The position numbers and the translations under genes were made by a program. 35,690 nt of DNA from contig JAADIO010000036.1 in the NCBI GenBank assembly GCA_013151235.1, forward strand, positions 1 through 35,690, read 5' to 3'. The DNA comes from Deltaproteobacteria bacterium. GTDB taxonomy: Bacteria; CG2-30-53-67. Each line of letters begins with the position of its first letter. Positions within the stretch are counted from its first letter, which is position 1. The notes under the pieces are model-generated. The model searched no databases, had not been told where the DNA came from, and worked only from the letters and a program-made list of their open reading frames with translations. This document shows, one piece after another, positions 26,686 to 35,667 of the stretch.

Positions 26686-27495
26686 TTATAACACTTCATT
26701 CATACTCCCGCTTCGGAACCCTTCCAGATCGAGCGTCACATAGACAAACCCCGCTTCCTTGAACGTCCGAAGGATCTTCCTGTAATGCACGGGCGAAAGG
26801 ATCGTGTCGAATTGTTCCCTGGGGACCTCGATCCGGGCGATCTCTCCATGATAGCGGACCCGAAAGGGGTCAAATCCCATTGAGCGGAGCAGAGCTTCGC
26901 AACAGGCAACCTGGTGGAGGCGTTCTTCCGTGATCTTTGTGCCGTAGGGGAAACGGGAGGAGAGGCAAGCCATCGATCCTTTGCGCCATGTTGGAAGAGA
27001 AAGTTCTTTACTCAAGGCCCGGATCTCTTCTTTGGTCAGACCTGCCTCCAGCAACGGATGGCGTACACCCTGCTCCCGCGCAGCCTGAAAGCCGGGTCGA
27101 TAATCCCCGGCATCATCGGCGTTCGACCCATCACAGATGACGGCGATTCCTCTCTCCTCCGCTCTTTTTCGTAGAATTCCAAAGAGTTCGCTTTTGCAGT
27201 AATAACACCGCATCGGATCATTCCGGGAGAAATTCGGGATCATCAATTCATTCGATTCCACCTGAAGATGGGGAATACCCAGGGAGGCGGCAAATTCCTC
27301 GGCTTCTTTTCGTTCCTGTTCCGGGTAGGCCGGGGAGAGGGCTGTCAGTGCCGTGACGTGTTCGCCCAAAACATCCCGGGCCGTGCGGAGGAGAAACGTG
27401 CTGTCCACACCGCCGGAAAAAGCAATGAGAACGGACCCCATTTCCCGCAGGTTTTCCTTTAATTTTCGGTATTTTTCTTTCATCTTCTCCGACAC
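26686..27495 (-). CDS. larE: LarE-family ATP-dependent sulfur transferase (PP-loop)
   Basis: AFSGGVDS, RCYYCK, DYRPG, SMACLSSRFPYG, RVRYHG and GFRSGSMN. Confidence 0.88.
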   Translation of the reverse strand: MSEKMKEKYRKLKENLREMGSVLIAFSGGVDSTFLLRTARDVLGEHVTALTALSPAYPEQERKEAEEFAASLGIPHLQVESNELMIPNFSRNDPMRCYYCKSELFGILRKRAEERGIAVICDGSNADDAGDYRPGFQAAREQGVRHPLLEAGLTKEEIRALSKELSLPTWRKGSMACLSSRFPYGTKITEERLHQVACCEALLRSMGFDPFRVRYHGEIARIEVPREQFDTILSPVHYRKILRTFKEAGFVYVTLDLEGFRSGSMNEVL

Positions 27496-27609
27496 CCGGC
27501 TGAACCTTGTAGGAAAGCAGTATACTCACCCGCAACCTGAAAGCCAAGAGGGTTTTTGGGGGCCCGATGATCTCCCGTTGTTCATTCGGAGGATGCCTTT
27601 GGAAACAGT

Positions 27610-28650
27610 TTATGGAGCAGCGGAGGAGAGATCGGGAAGCAGAACCTCCCTGAGTGCGTAGAGCATTTCGCACTTCTCCAGGTTCTCCCGGACATAGCGG
27701 AAGGTATCAGGGAGGTATTGCAGGTAACGTTTTTTTCCTTTGATCACGGCCATGTATCCAAAGGTACCGGCGGCCTTGAGGTTTCGCTGGACCGACACGA
27801 TGTCGAAAATCTCCCGGAAACGCACACGATCGGTGACGGTTCCTTCCATCCGGTCTTTCTCCTGCAGATAGTATTCGATCAACTCCGCCGTCACTTCCCC
27901 CGGCAGGACGACATAGGAATCCCGCAGCAGGGAGACAAGATCATATTGCAGGGGGCCTAAACGGGCATCCTGGAAATCGATCACGCCGATCCTGCCGTCC
28001 CGGACCATGAGGTTGCGGCTGTGGTAGTCCCGGTGCGTGAGATACTGCGGTTCCGCGGCAATGATCCGGCTGAGCTGCCGGAAGGCTTCTTCAAGACGAT
28101 GCCGTTTGCTTGTGGAAAAGCTCCTTTTCAGATACCCTTCGAGGGTGTATTCACGAAAGAAAATCAGTTCCTGAAAGAGTTTTTCCTCGTCGAAGGAGAG
28201 CTGAAAGGCGATGCAGTCTTCACATCTTTTCCGGGTCCCGATAAGCTGGATCTTCAGGAGTTCGTCAATCGCCTTCCGGTAGAGGGGGAGGCAAGCGGGA
28301 ACTTCCTGTTCCCGGACCACGTCTTCCAGGGTCGTCTCGCCCAGATCTTCGAGCAGAAGAAGCCCTGTTTCCGGGTCGTAATGATGGAGCTTCGGTACAT
28401 GAACGCCGCAGAGATCCAGGTGGTAGAGCACATTAATATAAGGAAGAGCATCGGGATCTTCCGGTGCAGGGACATCCCTTGCCGGTTCCATGATGATGCA
28501 GGATTTTTCTCCCGGCAGACGGAGCCGGTAGAACCCTCGATCGGAGGCATCGCCCGGCAGTTTTTCCAGATGGACCTTTTCGGGGGGAACGCCGTCATAA
28601 CGTTTGAACAGCTTGAAAATACGATCATCAATGGAGGGCAAGGAGACCAT
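27610..28650 (-). CDS. amgK: Anomeric MurNAc/GlcNAc kinase-like phosphotransferase (APH family); start uncertain
   Basis: GDASDRGFYRL, LLEDLG, HRDYHSRNLM, IDFQDARLGP..YDLVSLLRD and QRNLKAAGTF. Confidence 0.82.
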   Translation of the reverse strand: MVSLPSIDDRIFKLFKRYDGVPPEKVHLEKLPGDASDRGFYRLRLPGEKSCIIMEPARDVPAPEDPDALPYINVLYHLDLCGVHVPKLHHYDPETGLLLLEDLGETTLEDVVREQEVPACLPLYRKAIDELLKIQLIGTRKRCEDCIAFQLSFDEEKLFQELIFFREYTLEGYLKRSFSTSKRHRLEEAFRQLSRIIAAEPQYLTHRDYHSRNLMVRDGRIGVIDFQDARLGPLQYDLVSLLRDSYVVLPGEVTAELIEYYLQEKDRMEGTVTDRVRFREIFDIVSVQRNLKAAGTFGYMAVIKGKKRYLQYLPDTFRYVRENLEKCEMLYALREVLLPDLSSAAP

Positions 28651-28780
28651 CCTGTGGAATAATAAAATAGAGAAAACGGGTGACAACCCGAGATGAAGAT
28701 CATTGAAATCATATCACCCGGCCATCATGCTGTCAAATCATGAAATTCAAGCAAAAATGGAAAAAATATGGACAAATGTG

Positions 28781-28813
28781 GAAAAAGTTTTCACAAAATG
28801 GGAAAACTTTTTC
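28781..28813. promoter_or_regulatory. Perfect 12-bp inverted repeat in a divergent intergenic region (operator-like)
   Basis: GAAAAAGTTTTC, 9 nt, GAAAACTTTTTC. Confidence 0.5.
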
Positions 28814-28957
28814 ATATCCTTCCGAACCCTCCGAAAAAGGCGAAATCGGAGAACCTTTCTAACTCTTTGAAACAAATATGAAAACAATAACCGTCCTTCT
28901 CCCTTGATTCTTGGCATGCAACCTGCATCTGTTTCGAGGGTAAGTGAGGTGATGAAA

Positions 28958-29587
28958 ATGATTTTTAAAGGTTTGCCGTTCTTCAGCGGGAAGATGAAGC
29001 AGGAGAGAGTACGGGAAAAGGTCCGAACCGGAAACCCCTATGTCAGGGCCTCGGAAGAGCTGAAAAAGAGCGCGGAGGAACTGGAAAAAGCGGCACAAAA
29101 GCTGAACTCCACCTTTCGGAAACGTCAGGAAGCGATTAAGAAACTGATGTGGATCAACGACACACTTCAAAAGAACCGGGACCGGCTGCAGACCACCTCT
29201 CCCCTCCGGCCTGAAACATCGAAGGTGGCGGAGAAAGGTAAAATATCCGGCCCTGTCAGCGAAGCCCAGCTCTTTGAAATCTACCGGGAGGCCTGCCTCA
29301 ATTTCATACAGACCGACAAGACCTACTATTTCAAACTCCGCGGGCATTCCGTATTCCTCAGTACCATGTACAAGAAGCACATGGGAAATCTTCGATACTA
29401 CGATCAGGAATTCAGGAAATTACCGGAAAACAAGCGGGAAAGCTTTTCCGATATTGAAGGGATGATTGCCAACCTGGTGATTACGAAGGTGAACCAGATT
29501 GGACGGGAAAAATTTATCAAGGAAGGCCATCAAGCCCTTTATAGTGAACTCTGCAACAAGTTACTTGCCAGGACAGCCACTCCATAA
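28958..29587 (+). CDS. Hypothetical protein with an N-terminal coiled coil
   Basis: GAGGTG RBS; ~209-aa ORF followed by a hairpin; no family recognised. Confidence 0.7.
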   Translation: MIFKGLPFFSGKMKQERVREKVRTGNPYVRASEELKKSAEELEKAAQKLNSTFRKRQEAIKKLMWINDTLQKNRDRLQTTSPLRPETSKVAEKGKISGPVSEAQLFEIYREACLNFIQTDKTYYFKLRGHSVFLSTMYKKHMGNLRYYDQEFRKLPENKRESFSDIEGMIANLVITKVNQIGREKFIKEGHQALYSELCNKLLARTATP

Positions 29588-29620
29588 ACTCTTCCTCGAG
29601 GACGTTTTAAACACGTCCGC

Positions 29621-29662
29621 TGTGGGGGTTTGATTCATCAAACCCCCGCAGAACCTTTTTCT
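29621..29662 (+). terminator. Stem-loop, probable intrinsic terminator
   Basis: TGTGGGGGTTTGA-TTCA-TCAAACCCCCGCA followed by a short T run. Confidence 0.55.
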
Positions 29663-29693
29663 GTTCTGCATCATCGGGTACAGTTCATTTGTT

Positions 29694-29722
29694 TTGACAC
29701 TTCCCTTCCGTTGCACTATGAT
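29694..29722 (+). promoter_or_regulatory. Sigma70 promoter of the amidase-GerMN-murI operon
   Basis: TTGACA, 17 nt, TATGAT. Confidence 0.65.
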
Positions 29723-29729
29723 CTTCAAG

Positions 29730-30473
29730 ATGCAACCGTCATGTCTCTGGAAGATAAAAAGGAACCGGATTTCTTCCGTATTGAATCGGATGATCGCCGC
29801 ACTGGTGCTGTGCTTCCTGCCGGGTATCCCGGCTCAACCCCTTTCCGCCGCCGCTGCACCGACGGTGATTCTTGATCCCGGTCATGGGGGAAATGACCGG
29901 GGGGGGATCGGTGCCGACGGATTGCTGGAAAAAGAGATCACCCTTGATCTGGCCAAGCGTGTTCAGAAATTGATTGATCAGCAGCTCGGCTATCGAACCT
30001 TCCTGACCCGGAAGGAGGATCAGGAAGTTTCTTTAGATAAACGGGCCGCCCTTGCCAACAATCAGCAGGGGACCCTTCTGGTGAGCATCCATCTGGGCGG
30101 GTCTCCGGATACCGGACTCCATGGGTACGGAATCTATATCGCACAAGCGCCGGACAGAGAGGGAAACACCGACGCAAAGGGCCTTCTCTTATGGAATCGT
30201 CAATCCCTTTTTTTTGCAAAACAGTCGAGACAACTGGCGGAATCGCTCCATGCCGCTTTTGCAGAATCGTTCCCCCGGACTCCCGATCTCGGGATCCATC
30301 CGCTGGCACTCTATCTTGCCCGCACCGTCCGGATGCCGACGGTCCTGATCGAGCCGGCGGTCCTGACAAACCGGGAAGATGAAGCATTTCTGGGACAGGA
30401 GAAAAACCGGCAGGCCCTGGCCGAGGCAATCTTCCAGGGGCTGATTCGCTACCGGCAGTCGGAGAAACAATGA
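29730..30473 (+). CDS. N-acetylmuramoyl-L-alanine amidase (Amidase_3); start 29730 or 29790
   Basis: Signal peptide; VILDPGHGG, EKEITL, LVSIH and PTVLIE. Confidence 0.88.
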   Translation: MQPSCLWKIKRNRISSVLNRMIAALVLCFLPGIPAQPLSAAAAPTVILDPGHGGNDRGGIGADGLLEKEITLDLAKRVQKLIDQQLGYRTFLTRKEDQEVSLDKRAALANNQQGTLLVSIHLGGSPDTGLHGYGIYIAQAPDREGNTDAKGLLLWNRQSLFFAKQSRQLAESLHAAFAESFPRTPDLGIHPLALYLARTVRMPTVLIEPAVLTNREDEAFLGQEKNRQALAEAIFQGLIRYRQSEKQ

Positions 30474-31027
30474 ATAGAACCCAGCGAAAAGTACGTTCTT
30501 TTCTCTTCGTCATACTGGCTGCCGTGCTGATCCTTTTCGCTGGGAACCTGCTTCTCCGGCGAACGGAAACACCGCAACATCAAGGACCGGACTGGGCGCA
30601 GGTCACCCTTCCCGGATTTTCCCGAATCCTGGCCGGAACACTGAATCAGCCTGTGCGACTCTGGTTCCCAGGGCCGAACCGGGAACTTGCACCGGAAGAC
30701 CGGACAATCCATGCCTCCGATGATTCCGTCGACGGGATGCGACAAGTCCTGATCCTGCTTCTCGCAGGTCCCTGGACGAAAGGACTGTTTCCTCTGCTCC
30801 CCGGAGAGGTCGCTCTGCGGGAACTCTATGACCACCAGGGAATCGTTCTTGTCGATCTCGCCGTTCCACCGGCAGGGGGACCTGCAATGGGCTGTTTTGA
30901 GGAAGCCCTCGCCCTGCAATCGATCCAGCGGACGTTGAAAGAGAATTTTCCTGAAGTACAACATATCCGGTTTCTGCTGGATGGGCAGGAGCGGAAGACG
31001 CTGGCCGGACATATTGCATTGCCATAA
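30470..31027 (+). CDS. GerMN domain membrane-anchored protein
   Basis: N-terminal TM; VRLWFP, LLAGP, VDL and SIQRTLKENFPEVQHIRFLLDG..TLAGH. Confidence 0.85.
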   Translation: MNRTQRKVRSFLFVILAAVLILFAGNLLLRRTETPQHQGPDWAQVTLPGFSRILAGTLNQPVRLWFPGPNRELAPEDRTIHASDDSVDGMRQVLILLLAGPWTKGLFPLLPGEVALRELYDHQGIVLVDLAVPPAGGPAMGCFEEALALQSIQRTLKENFPEVQHIRFLLDGQERKTLAGHIALP

Positions 31028-31066
31028 CCGGGTCCATTGTGTCCCACATGATCAAGGAGACAAGCG

Positions 31067-31861
31067 GTGCAACGTTCCATCGGAATTTTTGATTCAGGCG
31101 TCGGCGGGCTGACCGTCTTCCATGAATTGATGCACCGCCTTCCGGAGGAGAACCTCATCTATCTCGGGGATACGGCCCGGGTTCCCTACGGGATTAAATC
31201 CGCCGAGACCGTCACCCGTTATGCCCTCGAGATTACCGGCTTTCTCATGAAACGGAAGATCAAGATGCTGGTCGTGGCCTGCAATACCGCCTCTTCGGTT
31301 GCGCTCCCCGTCCTCCAGGAACGGTTTCCCATTCCCGTTGTCGGGGTGCTGCTTCCCGGTGCCCGGGCGGCTGTCCGTGATTCCAGGGTCCGGAAGGTCG
31401 GAGTCATCGGCACGGAATCGACCATTGGGAGCCGTGCTTACGTTCAGGCGATTCACCTCCTGGATCCGGAAGTAGAAGTCCATACCCGGGCCTGCCCCCT
31501 CTTTGTCCCCCTCGCGGAGGAGGGGTGGGGAGACCATCCCCTGACCGTTTCAATCGTTCGGGAATATCTCAAGGATTTTCAGGAAACCGGGATCGATACG
31601 CTGGTTCTGGGATGCACACACTATCCGATTCTACGGTCCGCTATAGGACGTGTGATGGGAGAAAAAGTCCGGCTTGTCGATTCCGCCACGGAAACCGCTC
31701 GTGAAGTTCAGGCCCTTCTCGCATCCCGGGGGCTGCTCAACAAGGGCCGGAGACCCTTGACACGCAGGTATTATGTCACCGACTCACCGGAACGGTTTCG
31801 AAAGGTGGGCGAACGCTTCCTGGAACAGAGCTTGTCCAAGGTCGAGCAGGTAGCTCTCTGA
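31067..31861 (+). CDS. murI: Glutamate racemase
   Basis: IGIFDSGVGGL, DTARVPYG, VACNTAS and LGCTHYP. Confidence 0.97.
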   Translation: MQRSIGIFDSGVGGLTVFHELMHRLPEENLIYLGDTARVPYGIKSAETVTRYALEITGFLMKRKIKMLVVACNTASSVALPVLQERFPIPVVGVLLPGARAAVRDSRVRKVGVIGTESTIGSRAYVQAIHLLDPEVEVHTRACPLFVPLAEEGWGDHPLTVSIVREYLKDFQETGIDTLVLGCTHYPILRSAIGRVMGEKVRLVDSATETAREVQALLASRGLLNKGRRPLTRRYYVTDSPERFRKVGERFLEQSLSKVEQVAL

Positions 31862-32062
31862 CAGATAACGATCCGCTTCGTGGACCTGTTCATATAATAC
31901 GGTGACAATTGAGTGCCGCAGGCTGCGCTTTATTGCTTGTCTGCCGAAAAAACAGGACGGGCGGAAACTTCTTGACTCCGGGGTTCAAAATCATTAGGAT
32001 AGCCCGGTTTGACTCGACAAACCCTCCGGATCTGATCGATCCGGCGGAGAGAGGAATCAAAG

Positions 32063-32794
32063 ATGATACGAATCGATGGCCGAGCGACGGATGCCATCCG
32101 GCCCATGAAGGCCACCCGGAATTATATCCATCATGCCGAAGGATCGGTCCTGATCGAAATGGGTCATACACGGGTAATCTGCACCGCCACAGTGGAAGAC
32201 CGGGTGCCCCCCTTTCTCAAGGAGAGCGGCCGGGGGTGGATCACGGCGGAATACGCCATGTTGCCGCGGTCGGCCGGAGAACGGATCCGGCGGGAAGCCT
32301 CCGCCGGAAGAATCAAGGGACGAACCCATGAAATTCAACGGCTTATCGGTCGCAGTCTCCGCTCCATCGTCGATATGAACATACTGGGTGAACGTTCCAT
32401 CCTGATCGACTGCGATGTTGTCCAGGCGGACGGCGGCACGCGGACGGCCTCGATTACCGGCGCCTTCATCGCCCTCACGGATGCCCTGGCATGGATGAAA
32501 CGGGGAGGTCTGATTTCAAAAATGCCGATCCGGGATTATCTGGCTGCGATCAGTGTCGGGATTGTCGATGGCAATGTTCTTCTTGACCTCTGTTACGACG
32601 AAGATTCCCGTGCCGATGTGGATATGAATATTGTCATGACCGGGAAAGGGAACTTTGTGGAAATCCAGGGAACGGCGGAAGGGGACCCTTTCCGCCGCGA
32701 GGAAATGGATCAGATGATCTCCTATGCCGGTCATGGGGTAAAACAACTCATTGATCTTCAGAGGGAACTCCTGGGAGAGGGGATCGGCATCTGA
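32063..32794 (+). CDS. rph: Ribonuclease PH
   Basis: [34 protein letters not shown] and EIQGTAEG. Confidence 0.97.
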   Translation: MIRIDGRATDAIRPMKATRNYIHHAEGSVLIEMGHTRVICTATVEDRVPPFLKESGRGWITAEYAMLPRSAGERIRREASAGRIKGRTHEIQRLIGRSLRSIVDMNILGERSILIDCDVVQADGGTRTASITGAFIALTDALAWMKRGGLISKMPIRDYLAAISVGIVDGNVLLDLCYDEDSRADVDMNIVMTGKGNFVEIQGTAEGDPFRREEMDQMISYAGHGVKQLIDLQRELLGEGIGI

Positions 32795-32818
32795 TTCCAG
32801 ACGCGGATCCGTCACAAA

Positions 32819-33427
32819 ATGATGGACGTAATCGTTGCCTCACGAAATCCGAACAAGGTCGAAGAAATACGGCAAATTCTGACAGGAAGCAATCTCCGGA
32901 TTATCAGTATGGATGATATCCCTTCCCTGCCGGATGTCCGGGAAGACGGCCTGACCTTCGAAGAGAATGCCCGGAAGAAGGCCCTGGAAATCGCTAAATT
33001 GACGGGACGACTCACCCTGGCCGACGATTCCGGCTTGGTCGTGGATGCTCTGAACGGAAGACCCGGTGTCTATTCGGCCCGGTATTCCGACCCGGATGCA
33101 ACACCGGAGAAGAACAACGCAAAGCTCCTGGAGGAACTCCGTGAGGTCCCGATGAAGCGCCGGACAGCCCGGTTTGTCTGCGTCATTGCCATCGCCCGGC
33201 CTTCCGGAAAGGTTGATCTTGCCGAAGGAAGGTGTGAAGGTCTCATTGCAACGGAACTGCGGGGCTCCCAGGGGTTCGGGTATGATCCCCTTTTTGTGAT
33301 CCCCGAACGGGAGATGTCCTTTGCCGAACTAGGTACGGAAGAGAAGAACAAGATCAGCCACCGCTCCATCGCCCTGCAGAAGGCGGCAAAGATTATTTTA
33401 GGACTTCCTGAGCAGGAAAAAGGTTGA
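32819..33427 (+). CDS. rdgB: Non-canonical purine NTP pyrophosphatase (XTP/dITP)
   Basis: ASRNPNKVEE, LADDSGL, PGVYSARY, GFGYDPLF and KNKISHR. Confidence 0.96.
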   Translation: MMDVIVASRNPNKVEEIRQILTGSNLRIISMDDIPSLPDVREDGLTFEENARKKALEIAKLTGRLTLADDSGLVVDALNGRPGVYSARYSDPDATPEKNNAKLLEELREVPMKRRTARFVCVIAIARPSGKVDLAEGRCEGLIATELRGSQGFGYDPLFVIPEREMSFAELGTEEKNKISHRSIALQKAAKIILGLPEQEKG

Positions 33428-33452
33428 AATCGGGAATAAAAATCACTATAAT
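33424..33452 (+). promoter_or_regulatory. Sigma70 promoter of the tRNA operon
   Basis: TTGAAA, 17 nt, TATAAT. Confidence 0.75.
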
Positions 33453-33506
33453 CTTTTCATTGTTCAGGGGGCGGGATCACAACCCGGTTGAAAGGATTAC
33501 GAATCA

Positions 33507-33584
<78 letters not shown>

Positions 33585-33614
33585 GATTCTGAAATTTTGC
33601 CAAGCAAAATTTCA

Positions 33615-33691
<77 letters not shown>

Positions 33692-33750
33692 GTTTTTTGG
33701 GGAATGAATTGCCGTTGTTGGAAACGACGGTAATTCAATTTTCAAAATGT

Positions 33751-33828
33751 GGTGGGTGTAGCTCAGTTGGTTAGAGCGCAAGGTTGTGGCCCTTGAGGCC
33801 GGGGGTTCGAATCCCCTCACTCACCCCA
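33751..33828 (+). tRNA. tRNA-His (GTG) with encoded G-1 and C73
   Basis: CAAGG-TT GTG GC-CCTTG anticodon arm, G-1:C73 pair, encoded CCA. Confidence 0.97.
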
Positions 33829-33901
33829 AATATTTTTTTCTTCGAAAAAAACATGACCCTTTTGCGGAGCAAAAGTTATAAATTTGACGAAGCAAAACTT
33901 A

Positions 33902-33978
33902 GCGCCCGTAGCTCAGTTGGATAGAGCGTCGGACTTCGAATCCGCAGGTCGCAGGTTCGAGTCCTGCCGGGCGCACCA
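33902..33978 (+). tRNA. tRNA-Arg (TCG)
   Basis: GCGCCCG/CGGGCGC, CGGA-CT TCG AA-TCCG, A20 Arg identity in the D-loop, encoded CCA. Confidence 0.95.
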
Positions 33979-34032
33979 TTAATCATTTTATTTCAGATGC
34001 TCCGCAACACGGAACATCTGAAATAAAATGAT

Positions 34033-34108
34033 GGGCCGTTAGCTCAGTTGGGAGAGCAGCTGACTCTTAATCAGCGGGTCCGGGGTTCGAGCCCCCGACG
34101 GCCCCCCA
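34033..34108 (+). tRNA. tRNA-Lys (CTT), atypical C73 discriminator
   Basis: GGGCCGT/ACGGCCC, GCTGA-CT CTT AA-TCAGC, then C-CCA. Confidence 0.92.
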
Positions 34109-34116
34109 GAAAATAG

Positions 34117-34153
34117 AGGACTTACGGAATTTTCCGTAAGTCCTTTTTTCTTT
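34117..34153 (+). terminator. Intrinsic terminator of the tRNA operon
   Basis: AGGACTTACGGAA/TTCCGTAAGTCCT stem followed by TTTTTCTTT. Confidence 0.9.
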
Positions 34154-34188
34154 GTGTAGGCGCTGTGCAAGCAATTAATAAAGCTTCT

Positions 34189-34334
34189 ATGCAAGGTTTG
34201 GAGAGCTGGTCACATCAGGACGGCCCATCGAGCTTATGAAAAGAACATCTCTCAACTGCCCGGCTAACAATCATTCACGTAACACGATCAAGAAGGCGAT
34301 CAGCGGTGAGCCCTGGGGGTATAAGGAGCGGTGA
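34189..34334 (+). pseudogene. IS21-family IstA transposase N-terminal remnant
   Basis: Frameshifted pieces IRTAHRAYEKNISQL / ARLT / NHSRNTIKKAISGEPWGYKER resemble the IstA N-terminal HTH. Confidence 0.65.
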
Positions 34335-34373
34335 TCAGACTGCATGACCGTTTCAGTGAGCTCTCTTTAGTTT

Positions 34374-34670
34374 TTAGGTTTCATTTAACACTTCTAACTT
34401 TTCTACAGAGTCAATCGCCAGTTTTTTATTGGCAGGATATTCATTAAACAATTTCCCTGTTTTTGGTTTAGCTCTGCATAGAATTTTAATTCAATTAGGA
34501 TTTTGTCTTCTGTGATGAAGTCTATATCTGTCGTGTTTTCGTATAGATAATATAATGTTTTCTTACTTTCTCATCAATAGATAAATATAGTTTCCAAAAT
34601 AGCTACCGAGATCAGAAGCGTAAATCTTCTTGGCTTATAACAATTTCTGCTTTGTTTTGCCCCAACGGGA
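34374..34670 (-). pseudogene. AT-rich 3' remnant of an AAA_14/DUF4143 ATPase gene
   Basis: SRWGKTKQKLL*AKKIYASDLGSYFGNYIYL / KTLYYLYENTTDIDFITEDKILIELKFY / KLFNEYPANKKLAIDSVEKL*, with stops and frameshifts; KxYxxDxG, (E)NY and (E)IDF..IExK motifs. Confidence 0.65.
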
Positions 34671-34677
34671 AAGAACA

Positions 34678-34757
34678 GGACTTGGCCTTCTCGCCCCCTA
34701 CACCGCCGTCATCCGGATCGTATTGACACAGAGTTGATCCAGTTCTGCCCGTTCCAT
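34678..34757 (-). pseudogene. tkt: 5' remnant of a second transketolase gene
   Basis: [19 protein letters not shown]; 34701-34735 is identical to 26476-26510 (35 nt); similarity decays after the in-frame TAG. Confidence 0.85.
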
Positions 34758-34964
34758 AATCCTCCCTTTTGTATCCTTAATTGCAGCATATGAAGCAGAA
34801 TACCCGAATCTGAATATTACGGAAGGAATATATATACTGCCGAACTGTTTTTTACAAAAGAAGAATCCCGATCCCAGATCTAAAATCCCCCTGCCGGTGA
34901 TTCCAGATCCGGGATCGAGCAAAAAGAACCCCCCCTCAAAAATCAGGGATCGCTGAACCAGGGT

Positions 34965-35474
34965 CTATCGGATCAGGCTGGTCATAATAAAATCATTCAT
35001 CTTCTGCGCACCATGACAGCCGATACAACCAGCCGGCTTTCCCGACTTCAGGATCTTTCCGTTTGCCCCGTACTTCACCCAAAACCAGTCTCCCTTATCG
35101 GAATTGTACCCCTTGATCTTGTACATCACAGTAATTGCGGCAAGGGTTGGTCCCGGCATGTAGTTTTCTTTCACGATAATTCCGCCGGCATCGACCACAC
35201 CCCTCATTCCGTAAACTCCCCGCTGAGCCGTTTTATTCACAAATGTCTGCAGCAGCGCACCATGGGGCTCCCTTCCCTTGTAGAGTCCCGGCCGGTCGGG
35301 CCAGTGGACCCAGTTCCAATAAGGAGAAGGACCATGAATATAGGCCCAAAGCGCAGCGGCATCTGCCCCCGGCATGGCCTTTTCCCCCGTCTTCTTATCG
35401 TCCGCCATGGCCGTGACGGCCACCATCAAAAAGAGTCCCAACAACACCCACATCAACATCCCTGTTCTCTTCAT
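34965..35474 (-). CDS. Cytochrome P460 / c'-beta family periplasmic monoheme protein
   Basis: Signal peptide; GIIVKENY, VMYK..GDWFWVKY and a C-terminal CIGCH..DFI. Confidence 0.85.
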   Translation of the reverse strand: MKRTGMLMWVLLGLFLMVAVTAMADDKKTGEKAMPGADAAALWAYIHGPSPYWNWVHWPDRPGLYKGREPHGALLQTFVNKTAQRGVYGMRGVVDAGGIIVKENYMPGPTLAAITVMYKIKGYNSDKGDWFWVKYGANGKILKSGKPAGCIGCHGAQKMNDFIMTSLIR

Positions 35475-35609
35475 GGCAAAGCCCTCCTGTAGTAATGTTG
35501 CAAGTTCCCTGGGCAGAGACTTGTATACATTCAGACTTAAGCCGACTTTGCCGAATTTGTCAAATCGACGGCAACGTAGCGGAACGCTCTTTTCCTTCTC
35601 TCCCTATAG

Positions 35610-35667
35610 CACATTGGGGGTCACATTGGGGGTCACACATTGGGGGTCCACATTGGGGGTCAGGTCT
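35610..35667 (+). repeat. Four copies of CACATTGGGGGT ending in a GGGGTCAGGTCT REP-like motif
   Basis: Units at 35610, 35622, 35636 and 35649, with 0-2 nt spacers. Confidence 0.85.

Noticed and set aside
34862-34955. Short GATCC-type repeats after the P460 gene
   Set aside because: Too degenerate to define a unit or function
35610-35660. Possible CRISPR array
   Set aside because: 12-nt units with no spacers and no cas genes
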